A program made the translations under genes and the position numbers. A model generated the notes under the pieces. That model saw nothing but the letters and a program-made list of their open reading frames with translations, did not search any database and was not told where the DNA came from. This document shows, piece after piece, positions 40,717 through 49,580 of a stretch of DNA of 64,000 nucleotides (the first letter of the stretch is position 1; every line of letters starts with the position of its first letter). This DNA is from an uncultured delta proteobacterium (GTDB lineage: Bacteria; Desulfobacterota; Binatia; Binatales; Binataceae), in contig CAVRVY010000004.1 of NCBI GenBank assembly GCA_963724765.1, positions 1,472,001 to 1,536,000 on the forward strand. Direction: 5' to 3'.

Positions 40717-41987
40717 CGCCGTATTCGAGCCTGGATCTCGATAGTTCGGAGCCAGTCCTTGTACAGATCGTATCGATTCGCAACCTCGAGCGGCAGGGCG
40801 CTATCGCTATTGCCTTCCCAACGGCGGCAAAGATAAACGGAGTCGTAGATCCGGGCTATCTCATACTCACGGCTAATGCGCAGCGCTACGGCGTAATCCT
40901 CACCATAACTTACATTCGGAAATCCGATACGGCGCAGAACCGACGTATTGAATGCGCGCGGCGCGCCAAGTCCATTGACACGGAGCGCATTGTTTCTTCC
41001 GTTCTCGCGAGTCCACTCGCGATGGTCGATAAGACCGGGCGGAATCTCCTTCAACCCAAAATCGACCATTGTATAGGAACCTATGACCATCGCATAAGGT
41101 CCCGCTTCAAGTTCTGCAACGATCCGGCGAAGGACGCCGTCATTTATGTACAGGTCGTCAGAATCAAGCTGGATAGCGTATTGTCCGCAGTCCCTGGAAT
41201 AAATCGCCTCGTTCCAGCATCCGCCGATTCCCAAGTCCCGGCGCTCGGGAACGACGTGCTTAACACGCGAATCACTGATACCGCGCAGGATTTTCGTCGT
41301 CCGATCCGTCGAATGGTTATCGACGACGATCAAATTGAATTCGAAATCAGCACTCTGGGCGAGGGCGCATTGAACAGCGTCGAGAATTGTCCGCTCGCGA
41401 TTCCGAACTGGTATGACGACGCTGGCTTTTACCGGAAATGTTTCGGCTGCGGCTGGAACTTTCTCGAAGTGCGGCTGCAACCAGGCGCCGATTCGCTTTA
41501 GATGCGCCGTCGCGATGCGCTCCATTTCGATTTGATAATCGCGATTGCGCGGATCCACATAATCGAATTGCTTTTGACCCGTCGGCCGCGCATCAATCAT
41601 CGACGCGCTGTACAACGGTTCGGGAATCCGCACGATGGCGTGCTTTTCCGATATCCTTAACCGCAGGTCGTATAGTCCTCCCCATTTCCACGCGCTGTCG
41701 AGTCCCGACTGACGCGCGGCCTCAACGGACACACCAACTACCGGGCCGAAGTCGAAACCGTCGCGGACGCTCCCGCTTTGATAGTCGATACGAGGATGGC
41801 AGGCCGCGTCGGCATAAACCCAGCCGCCGCCGGCCTCACGTATGACCCGCGCCATTCGATCGAACATGCGCGGTCCGGGCTCGATGTTCACACGCGGATC
41901 CCCGAGAAAGAGGACATCGGCATCGGCGGCCTCGACGAGTCTCTGAATACTCGCGGATGAGTAGTCCTTTGGATAGACTATGTTCAC
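40713..41987 (-). CDS. Two-domain GT2 glycosyltransferase
   Basis: RDGFDFG, LYDLRL; SVVIPVRNR, VDNHSTD, QLDSDD, SYGEDY, RRWEGNSD. Confidence 0.9.
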   Translation of the reverse strand: MNIVYPKDYSSASIQRLVEAADADVLFLGDPRVNIEPGPRMFDRMARVIREAGGGWVYADAACHPRIDYQSGSVRDGFDFGPVVGVSVEAARQSGLDSAWKWGGLYDLRLRISEKHAIVRIPEPLYSASMIDARPTGQKQFDYVDPRNRDYQIEMERIATAHLKRIGAWLQPHFEKVPAAAETFPVKASVVIPVRNRERTILDAVQCALAQSADFEFNLIVVDNHSTDRTTKILRGISDSRVKHVVPERRDLGIGGCWNEAIYSRDCGQYAIQLDSDDLYINDGVLRRIVAELEAGPYAMVIGSYTMVDFGLKEIPPGLIDHREWTRENGRNNALRVNGLGAPRAFNTSVLRRIGFPNVSYGEDYAVALRISREYEIARIYDSVYLCRRWEGNSDSALPLEVANRYDLYKDWLRTIEIQARIRR

Positions 41988-42059
41988 ATTCCACCCCGCC
42001 GCTTCGCGCCATCTCTCCTCCGCGAAAAGGGAATTCGCCTCATCGATAAACGTGTCATC

Positions 42060-42791
42060 CTAGTTACTAACCGCAACCCGTTCTGTAGCCTCTTGCGGCC
42101 GCACCACGATGACGCCGGCCATTCGATTTGCTTTGAGAAACTCGCTCAATTCCTGTTCCACGACAAAGCCCCGGCTGCGCGACGCGTGACGCATAAGCAT
42201 GCTTTTGCCATCGTGCACGATGATTCCGGCGTGAAACACATCGAGATTCTTGCGTGTGGACACGAAACAAATCAAATCACCGCTCTGCAAATACGCTGCG
42301 AGCCGCGGCACTGCGGGCTTTGGTACACATTTCACGCGAGTCAGCTGTGCAGCGAGTCCGGGTACGACGTTCAAGACGCGTTCCCTGCTGAGTATCGGGA
42401 CCGCGGGCATTGAAACCGGCCTGATTATCCCTTCGCGTACATTGTTGCGAATCCAGAGCGTCATGTAGTGATTCCGCCGTTCCCATTGAATACGGCCTCG
42501 TTCATATCGAATCTTTCGCAGCCACTCGATAAAGTCATCAACGTTCGAAGCGCGCGCGAGAGCCAAAATTGTTTCAATGTACGTGACACAGTCGAATCCA
42601 TCGAGGGAAGCCGTGAACACTTCGGCTGTGTCGGCCGATCCAATCAGCGGATTTGGTTTGTAGGGATGTCCAAGGAAGTGGCGGGAGAGAACGTCAATTC
42701 GGCTACCGGCGGAACGCTCATACTTCGTTTCCGATAGAAGCTGCTCCACGTGGCGCCGGCTGAGATCTCGTGGTCGGGGATGCTTCATCAA
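42060..42791 (-). CDS. DUF1460 NlpC/P60-like N-acetylmuramoyl-L-alanine amidase
   Basis: FLGHPY, FDCVTYIE (catalytic Cys), RNHY, DVFHAGI, HAS. Confidence 0.85.
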   Translation of the reverse strand: MMKHPRPRDLSRRHVEQLLSETKYERSAGSRIDVLSRHFLGHPYKPNPLIGSADTAEVFTASLDGFDCVTYIETILALARASNVDDFIEWLRKIRYERGRIQWERRNHYMTLWIRNNVREGIIRPVSMPAVPILSRERVLNVVPGLAAQLTRVKCVPKPAVPRLAAYLQSGDLICFVSTRKNLDVFHAGIIVHDGKSMLMRHASRSRGFVVEQELSEFLKANRMAGVIVVRPQEATERVAVSN

Positions 42792-42820
42792 AATTTCATT
42801 TTAGCACGCACTTTCGAAAT

Positions 42821-43387
42821 TTATCCCTCGGCGCCTGGCGGCTCAAGCGGCAGGACGAATCCATCAGGGTCATGAAAGTCCGGTTTGTCGGCCGGATGGT
42901 GAAGCGCCCAGTACGAGAGCCCGTCGCTCGCCTCGATGACCGCCGAGAGCCCGATACGAAGAGAAGCACGCGCGTGGATAGCAGACAGGCCATTTAGGCG
43001 GACAAGGGTGTCGAGCTCAAGTCGGCTGCCAGTAGAGCGCACGTCAATGTCCGGGCGCATCATTTCGTTCGCGAGAGGACCGCCGTTACGATAGCCGCAA
43101 AAGGCGTAGACGGCCCACTCCCCCGACGGGGCAAAGTTGAACTCGTGGTACGCCGATTGCCCTTCCACCGCGATGAAGGCTTCGAAACAGGTGTGGCGCC
43201 AGAGCTGTGTAGCGATGCGCGGCGCACTCGGCGAAGGGACCAAGATCCGGCGAATATCTCCGTCGAGGCGGAAGGTCATCTGAAGTTCAGCGCTTGCCGA
43301 TCGGCGTACGAGCACCTGAATGGCTCGCACTGTCTCAGGGCGTGTCGACGGATGGCATCTGAGGTCGATCCAGTGTTTGACGGTCAT
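42821..43387 (-). CDS. DOMON-like domain protein
   Basis: LWRHTCFEAF, YHEFNFAPSGEW, SYWALHHP..KPDFH. Confidence 0.85.
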   Translation of the reverse strand: MTVKHWIDLRCHPSTRPETVRAIQVLVRRSASAELQMTFRLDGDIRRILVPSPSAPRIATQLWRHTCFEAFIAVEGQSAYHEFNFAPSGEWAVYAFCGYRNGGPLANEMMRPDIDVRSTGSRLELDTLVRLNGLSAIHARASLRIGLSAVIEASDGLSYWALHHPADKPDFHDPDGFVLPLEPPGAEG

Positions 43388-43671
43388 AACGGGCTCGATG
43401 GCCGCAGCGGCGTTGCTCTCCGACCGGAATATCGAAATCGCGACGCCTTGTATGCGAGGGACACCGACGGATTATGGCGCAGAGAGAAACTCGGCGAAAC
43501 CGGCGTGGACGCCGGGAACCCGATTCTCCGGTGTCCTTCAAATCATGCGAAAGCCGCAGACACGTTCGATTTCGTCGGTGTTGTCACAGAAGACGGGCAA
43601 TTCGAGACTCGACTGCCAATAAGTGATCGGTTCATCAAGTAATCACGACTAGCCGCATCTTCGCGCAAACA

Positions 43672-44691
43672 TCACGTACGCCCTTTTCTTAGAGCCATCC
43701 AAGTTGCGCTTCCAACCGCGAGTGCGGCTAATCCGAGCCAGACACGATGAGTAGTCGCCCAAAACTGCAGGCTACTTCCATGTGCCTGAGTGTCGAAGCT
43801 GCCGTGAGCGCCAGGATCCCAGGCTACAGGGGTGAAGAGATTGTCCGGTCGGTCGGAGTTAACCGGCTGGTTGGTTTGCTGGCCATTGTAGCAGGTGCGG
43901 GCAAGGTAGTGATCCAGTAGTCCGGGAACGATCTTATTGCCTATAATGGCCTCGACAGTAGGTTCGCCAACATAGATTTCGCGCCGTTTGTGATATGCGG
44001 CCCATACTATGGCCGCCGCGGCCACTTCGGGCTGAAAGATAGGAGGTACAGGCTGAGGATGGCGCGGTAGGCGAGTTTTGCACCAATCGAACTGTGGGGT
44101 ATTCAGCGCGGGCATCTGGACCATGGTAAGGTGGACTTTGCTGTGATCGTGCAGCAGTTCCGAACGCAAAGAATCCGTAAACCCCTTGATTGCATGTTTG
44201 GCGCCGCAGTATGGAGCCTGAAGGGGAATTGAACGGTAAGCGAGCGCGGAACCCACCTGGACAATGCAGCCTCGATCGCGTGGTAACATGCGTCGCAGCG
44301 CGGCCATCGTGCCGTAGACCGCACCCAGATAAGTGACCTCCGTCACGCGCTTGAACTCTTCGGCAGTGATCTGCTTGAAGGGTGATAGTACCGTTGTCAT
44401 GGCATTGTTCACCCAGATGTCGATTGGACCGAATTGCTCTTCGACTGCCGTTGCGGCGCTTTCTACCTCATCGGGACGCGATACATCGGTGGCAATAGCC
44501 AGCGCCGTGCCTCCGGATGCTTCGACGTCAGCGCGGGCTCCCTCCAGCCCGTCAGCTCCGCGAGCCAGCAGACCGATTTGCGCACCCCGTCTGGCAAAGG
44601 CTTGTACAGTCGCGCGCCCGACACCGGCTGATGCACCGGTCACAACAACCACATCACGTTTATTACTGCTGCCATTTCCGAGCGCACTCAT
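43672..44691 (-). CDS. SDR oxidoreductase with C-terminal membrane anchor
   Basis: TGASAGVG, NNA, YCGAK, NTPQF. Confidence 0.92.
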   Translation of the reverse strand: MSALGNGSSNKRDVVVVTGASAGVGRATVQAFARRGAQIGLLARGADGLEGARADVEASGGTALAIATDVSRPDEVESAATAVEEQFGPIDIWVNNAMTTVLSPFKQITAEEFKRVTEVTYLGAVYGTMAALRRMLPRDRGCIVQVGSALAYRSIPLQAPYCGAKHAIKGFTDSLRSELLHDHSKVHLTMVQMPALNTPQFDWCKTRLPRHPQPVPPIFQPEVAAAAIVWAAYHKRREIYVGEPTVEAIIGNKIVPGLLDHYLARTCYNGQQTNQPVNSDRPDNLFTPVAWDPGAHGSFDTQAHGSSLQFWATTHRVWLGLAALAVGSATWMALRKGRT

Positions 44692-44863
44692 GGAAAACTC
44701 TCCTCTAATTCAGGTTCGACACTGACCTCGGGTCGCCGTCGACGTCCAAAAACATTCACTGCCACCGCGCGGTCCGAGACGGTCCGAGGTTCGCTCAAAG
44801 ACCTGCGCATTCCAAACTTGTGATGTACCGGCCACGCTCATGAACCCGTGTCGAAGTCGATTT

Positions 44864-45976
44864 CTAGGAAATTGCGTAGCGCTGCGCATCCGCACGCTTG
44901 AGCTCCAAACCCAAGCCCGGACGCGAAGCGATCGGTTGCAGATTGCCGTCAATTGGGGTCAGCGCACCTTCGAACAACATGTGCTCGATCCGTTCGTGAT
45001 CGTGGAAGTACTCGATGTGCCGGACCGGACTCACTGCGCAGCAGGGATGGGCATGCAAGCTGGGCGAGGTATGGGCCGAGAGAGGCATGGATCGCGCTGC
45101 GCATAACGCGCCGACTCGTAAGAATTCAGTGATACCCGCGCAGCGCGAAGCATCGGCCTGCAAAACGTCCACTGCGCCCGTATCTAGCATGCGGCGAAAG
45201 TATGGCAGGTCGTACCCATACTCGCCTGCGGCGATATCGATCCCGGCCGGTGAACGGTCCCGCAATAAGCGCAGCCCCTCAAGATCATCGGAGCTCACGG
45301 GCTCCTCGAACCAACTCACCCCAAACTCCGTAAAGGCATGCGCGAAGGCGAGCGCTTCTTTACGGCTATAAGCGCCGTTTGCATCGACAAAGAGTTCCGC
45401 TTGCTCGCCGATCGCCGCGCGGGCGCCGCGCACCCGCTCGAGGTCATGCTCAGGCTGCCGCCCAATTTTCATCTTGAAGCGTGTGATGCCCTGCGCCGCC
45501 CAAGCCTCAAATTGATCTCTCAATTGTGCATCTGAATACGACGTGAATCCGCCGCTGCCATACACTGGCACGCTCGTTCGAACTCCTCCCAGCATTGCGA
45601 TTAGTGGTAAGCCAAGCAGGCGAGCTTTCAGGTCCCACAGCGCAACATCCACGGCCGCAATAGCCATCGATACAATACCGGGCCGACCGAGGTTGCGAAT
45701 GGCATGAACCATGGCTGCCCAAGCGCCCGGGATATCCATCGCATCGCGACCTTGAACTACTTCGGCGAGCATATCTTTGATGAGCAGCGCGGTCGCTGTG
45801 TCCGCATAGGTATAGCCGATGCCGATTTCGTCGCCGCCGGGCGCCTCGACTACGACCAGCGTGGTCGCCTTCCACTCGATGGTTCCATCGGACTCGGGAA
45901 AATCGGTCGGTATCCGATAGGCTGAAGCGCGCAGCGGACCGATTTTTATTTGCGGTTGACGCGTAACTGCTTTCAT
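44864..45976 (-). CDS. Mandelate racemase/muconate lactonizing enzyme (enolase superfamily)
   Basis: DVALWDLKA, KMK, VDAN, EEP, AGE, SAH. Confidence 0.9.
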   Translation of the reverse strand: MKAVTRQPQIKIGPLRASAYRIPTDFPESDGTIEWKATTLVVVEAPGGDEIGIGYTYADTATALLIKDMLAEVVQGRDAMDIPGAWAAMVHAIRNLGRPGIVSMAIAAVDVALWDLKARLLGLPLIAMLGGVRTSVPVYGSGGFTSYSDAQLRDQFEAWAAQGITRFKMKIGRQPEHDLERVRGARAAIGEQAELFVDANGAYSRKEALAFAHAFTEFGVSWFEEPVSSDDLEGLRLLRDRSPAGIDIAAGEYGYDLPYFRRMLDTGAVDVLQADASRCAGITEFLRVGALCAARSMPLSAHTSPSLHAHPCCAVSPVRHIEYFHDHERIEHMLFEGALTPIDGNLQPIASRPGLGLELKRADAQRYAIS

Positions 45977-46083
45977 CGATTACCTCAGATTAATTCACCG
46001 GCATCATTCATCGCGTGAACTCAACTATAATTTTCTGCGAGCCGCGCACCCATTCGAATCAATCAGGAGCTGACGGCATATAC

Positions 46084-47820
46084 TTACTTCAATCGCGGAG
46101 CGCCATGACCCCACGTCGCCGGAGGTGACAGGTCGCGCCGAACGGGTGGTCGCCCCATGTCGCGCTTATCGGCATTAAATATCTTTTCACCCTGCGCGAT
46201 CAGGTAATCGGCGGTGCGTGCGGCGAGCGCTTGAATCGTCAGTCCCGGATTTACGGAACCCTGCGTGGGCATGACGCTGCCATCGCAGATGAACAGATTC
46301 GCGATGTCGTGACTACGTCCATATCTGTCGACTACTGAGGTAGCCGGGTCGTTGCCCATGCGTGCCGCTCCAACCAGATGCGCGTAGCGCGCTTCCTGGA
46401 CAACTTCAGTGGCACCGGCCGCTCGCATGACTTCCATTACTTTGTTCTTGCCGAACTCGATCATCTTCTTGTCATTGTCATACAGATTGAAGGTCACTTT
46501 GGCGACGGGGATACCAAACCTGTCCTTTTCTGCGGCCAATTGAACCCGGTTGTCCGCATACGGCAGAATTTCACCCAGCAGCCCAAGCGCGGCCCAGTGA
46601 TTGTAGTCCATCATGACGCGCCGCAAGCCCCATCCCCAGGCCCCCTTCGCGGTCATCATCTGCTTGGCGAAGGCTATAGGCAGCGGCCCCACTGTCTGAA
46701 TCGCAAACCCGCGTGCGAAATCGCGCTTGCGGTCCGTCTCGTAGAACTCCTCGGTCATTGCATGGGCCGGTGGCGCCTTGTACATGCGGATCAGTTCATC
46801 GAAGTAGCCCATCACGACATTCCCTGCCTGCGCCATCAGATAGCGGCCTACGGTATCACTTGAGTTTGCAAGACCGTTTTCAAATCCGAGACAAGCCGAA
46901 TTAAGTAAAAGGCGCGGTGTCTCGATCGAATAGCAGGCTACGATGACGGCTTTGGCATTCTGGCAGTGCTCGCGGCCATCGCGATCGAAATAGGTGACTC
47001 CACTCACCCGCCCATCGGTACCAAGGTTAACGCGTGAAACCATGGACATCGGCCGAATTTCCGCGCCGTTCGCGATTGCGTCGGGCACGTGGGTGATCAG
47101 AGTGCTGGCCTTTGCGCCGACCTTACACCCTTGAATGCAGAAGCCTCGATAAATGCAGTGCGGCCGGTCGGCGCGAGAGCCCTGTAGGATGCCGACCGGG
47201 CCGCCGGCACTCACGCGGATGCCGAGTTTGGTACAGCCGCGAATCAACACATCGCCAATGGCTCCCATGGGATGCGGACCGAAGGCATATCCGTGAGGAT
47301 CGCCCCATGGAAAATACGCCGGTCCCGAGACCGGCATTTCCATTTCGATTAGCTCGTAATACGGCTTCAGTTCCTCATAACTGAGAGGCCAGTCCACGGC
47401 GACGCCATCTTGAGAATGCACGCGAAAATCCGACGGATGAAGGCGCGGGGTGAAGGCCGCCCAGTGTACCGTGCTACCGCCGACGCCTTTGCCACTATTG
47501 TTACTTCCGAAAGCGAGTGGATGAGCCCCGCCAGTGATGCGGAGATCCTCCCAATAGAGCTGATGAGAACCAGCCTCATCGCTTACCCAATCCCGTTCGC
47601 TATCCCAGAACGGGCCCGCATCGAAGCCAATGACCCGAAAGCCTGCCCGCGCAAGTCGTTGCAAGAGAACGCCGCCGCCCGCACCGATACCAACGATGAT
47701 GTAATCGACCTCTTGTTTCTCGGAGAACCGGCGCATCGGCGTTTCGAGCCGCTGCATACTGCCTAACATATGAGGCTGGCCGTTCGGCTTTTCGAACTCT
47801 CCGAGAATCGGGGATTTCAT
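46084..47820 (-). CDS. GMC oxidoreductase (gluconate/fructose dehydrogenase large-subunit-like)
   Basis: GIGAGG, VGGST, CIYRGFCIQGC Fe-S motif, HLVGAARMG, NPGLT. Confidence 0.92.
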   Translation of the reverse strand: MKSPILGEFEKPNGQPHMLGSMQRLETPMRRFSEKQEVDYIIVGIGAGGGVLLQRLARAGFRVIGFDAGPFWDSERDWVSDEAGSHQLYWEDLRITGGAHPLAFGSNNSGKGVGGSTVHWAAFTPRLHPSDFRVHSQDGVAVDWPLSYEELKPYYELIEMEMPVSGPAYFPWGDPHGYAFGPHPMGAIGDVLIRGCTKLGIRVSAGGPVGILQGSRADRPHCIYRGFCIQGCKVGAKASTLITHVPDAIANGAEIRPMSMVSRVNLGTDGRVSGVTYFDRDGREHCQNAKAVIVACYSIETPRLLLNSACLGFENGLANSSDTVGRYLMAQAGNVVMGYFDELIRMYKAPPAHAMTEEFYETDRKRDFARGFAIQTVGPLPIAFAKQMMTAKGAWGWGLRRVMMDYNHWAALGLLGEILPYADNRVQLAAEKDRFGIPVAKVTFNLYDNDKKMIEFGKNKVMEVMRAAGATEVVQEARYAHLVGAARMGNDPATSVVDRYGRSHDIANLFICDGSVMPTQGSVNPGLTIQALAARTADYLIAQGEKIFNADKRDMGRPPVRRDLSPPATWGHGAPRLK

Positions 47821-48584
47821 TTGTTGCTTCCCCGGCGTGCATGAGAGGGATGCTCAATTGGACTCTGTGCCGGTTCGTAGATGTCGGAGACGGAGGTTTC
47901 CGGTGCGCTCCAGGCGTAGCGCTGCTCGTTCGATTCCCAGGGCTCAGGTTCGCCATTTTCCAGCCGCATGTAGGCTCGCGGATAGGCGGGACCGCCGAAT
48001 CCGATCTCGTCCCAAGCCCACGGATGTGCGTAATACGCCTCCGCGCAATCCTGCACCAGCATCATCCAGAAGCGGTGCACCGGGAGGCGCGCCCAGATGT
48101 CACCGCCCGCAGCAGTTTTTCCGTCGTGCAGCGATTTCAGTAGCTGATCCTGCTCGAGTGGAGTGATATCAATGAAGTTGCGGCCATAGAGATGGTGCGC
48201 GATCTCTTCAATAGCCTGCAATCCCAGACGGAAAGCCTCCCGGTCCGGCGGCATATCCGCAAACCGATAGCCGTCGTGCCGATCTTCGTACAAGCGTTCG
48301 TCAATGCGCGGCACGATCGGGATCTTGTGCGCTTCATCGCGATCATTCTGTGGAATGATATGATCGCAGACGGACTGCATCAGACGCGCCTCAGCGGGGG
48401 AGAAAAAGCGGATCGCCGGGACGTTATGCACGCGATCGATAACCACTTGACGGGTTTTCGCGTCCCAGAATTTCTGTTGCGCCAGCGTGCTGAAGTCAGG
48501 ATAGTACCCCGGCTGAGACAGCGGACCGATCGGTTTTCCGCTGCGCCGGTTGATTGGACGACCGTCATCCTCCTGCCGCTTCAT
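47817..48584 (-). CDS. Gluconate 2-dehydrogenase subunit 3 family protein
   Basis: FFSPAE, HIIP, YYAHPWAWDEIGFGGPA; ATGA overlaps at both ends. Confidence 0.85.
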   Translation of the reverse strand: MKRQEDDGRPINRRSGKPIGPLSQPGYYPDFSTLAQQKFWDAKTRQVVIDRVHNVPAIRFFSPAEARLMQSVCDHIIPQNDRDEAHKIPIVPRIDERLYEDRHDGYRFADMPPDREAFRLGLQAIEEIAHHLYGRNFIDITPLEQDQLLKSLHDGKTAAGGDIWARLPVHRFWMMLVQDCAEAYYAHPWAWDEIGFGGPAYPRAYMRLENGEPEPWESNEQRYAWSAPETSVSDIYEPAQSPIEHPSHARRGSNK

Positions 48585-49579
48585 CGCTTCTCTCTCCTCA
48601 ATAGGCTCGCTAGAAGACCGATGAAGCCGGCTGCCGCGAACAGCAGTGGCGCGAAAATGGGGGGTCCATGGACAATATTGTAGAGCGGCATCTTCAATCC
48701 GCCAGGACGGCGCAGAACACCTCGCGCGTGATAGCCGAAGCCCACCGCACCATCCAGCACGGCCACGGTTGAAAGGGCTGGCAGCCAGGTCTGGGCGACG
48801 CGCTGATTCCTGGCGGCGCCCACGCTCGCCGCCACTAGTAGCGGCGCGATCACTACGGGCGTCCACTGTGCTTTGTAACGAAAATTGCTTTTGTAATGTG
48901 AATACCACGCTTCAAAACCGCTAAAGAGAGCCGACACGGCTGTCGCAACGGCCATGTGCTTTTGAAATCGACCTTCGCGCAGATCCTGCCGCCACTCGAT
49001 AGTGTCATGCTCATTAGTCAGAAGCCTCGCCCAATGTTTGGGATGTGCCGGGCGCGGAAGTGCCGCTGAGCTACTCGGATCATCGTCACGCTGAAGAAAA
49101 CTCGCGACCATGCCAAGGTATGCACTGGTGCCGAACAGGAGTGGCCCAAATACAGGCGGCCCCATGATGATGTTAACCACGGGCAGACGCCAACCTCCGG
49201 GTTTGCGCTGAATTCCACGTATGTGGAAGTAGGTGCCGATCGCGCAGTCGGCAAGCGTGAGAGCCGAGACCGCGGGCAAAACCGTTCTTGCGGCTCGGCG
49301 GCTGCGAAAGGCCAATACACCCGCTCCAAAGAGCGCGGCGCCCATGATTACGGGCGTATACATTACGCGGCGGCTGTAGCTACCGCGATAATGCATGTAG
49401 CTGACTTCCAGACCGCCAAGGGCGCTGGACAAACCCGCCGCGAGCGCGAGCCATTTCTGAAATCGTCCTTCGCGCACGCGCAGGTCAACTTCCCGTGCGC
49501 CGCACTCGATGCCTCTGACCACTTCCGGTATAAGCACGCTCTGTAATCTGTCTGCGGCCACTTCGGCTGCTCCCGTCAA
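48581..49579 (-). CDS. Polytopic membrane protein with internal duplication and conserved His
   Basis: Two repeats of REGRFQK..E....HY..TPV..D...G..[FY]H.RG...PGG..GPP.F.PLLF; TTG start inferred. Confidence 0.8.
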   Translation of the reverse strand: MTGAAEVAADRLQSVLIPEVVRGIECGAREVDLRVREGRFQKWLALAAGLSSALGGLEVSYMHYRGSYSRRVMYTPVIMGAALFGAGVLAFRSRRAARTVLPAVSALTLADCAIGTYFHIRGIQRKPGGWRLPVVNIIMGPPVFGPLLFGTSAYLGMVASFLQRDDDPSSSAALPRPAHPKHWARLLTNEHDTIEWRQDLREGRFQKHMAVATAVSALFSGFEAWYSHYKSNFRYKAQWTPVVIAPLLVAASVGAARNQRVAQTWLPALSTVAVLDGAVGFGYHARGVLRRPGGLKMPLYNIVHGPPIFAPLLFAAAGFIGLLASLLRREKR

Positions 49580-49580
49580 A

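Noticed and set aside
43520-43645. Protein-like minus-strand fragment LDEPITYWQSSLELPVFCDNTDEIERVCGFRMI
   Set aside because: No start codon or recognisable family; probably another relic but unsupported
47817-48908. Long 363-aa version of the subunit-3 ORF and a possible Tat signal (NRRSG)
   Set aside because: The extension overlaps the upstream membrane gene; ATG at 48584 fits translational coupling, and no hydrophobic h-region follows the RR
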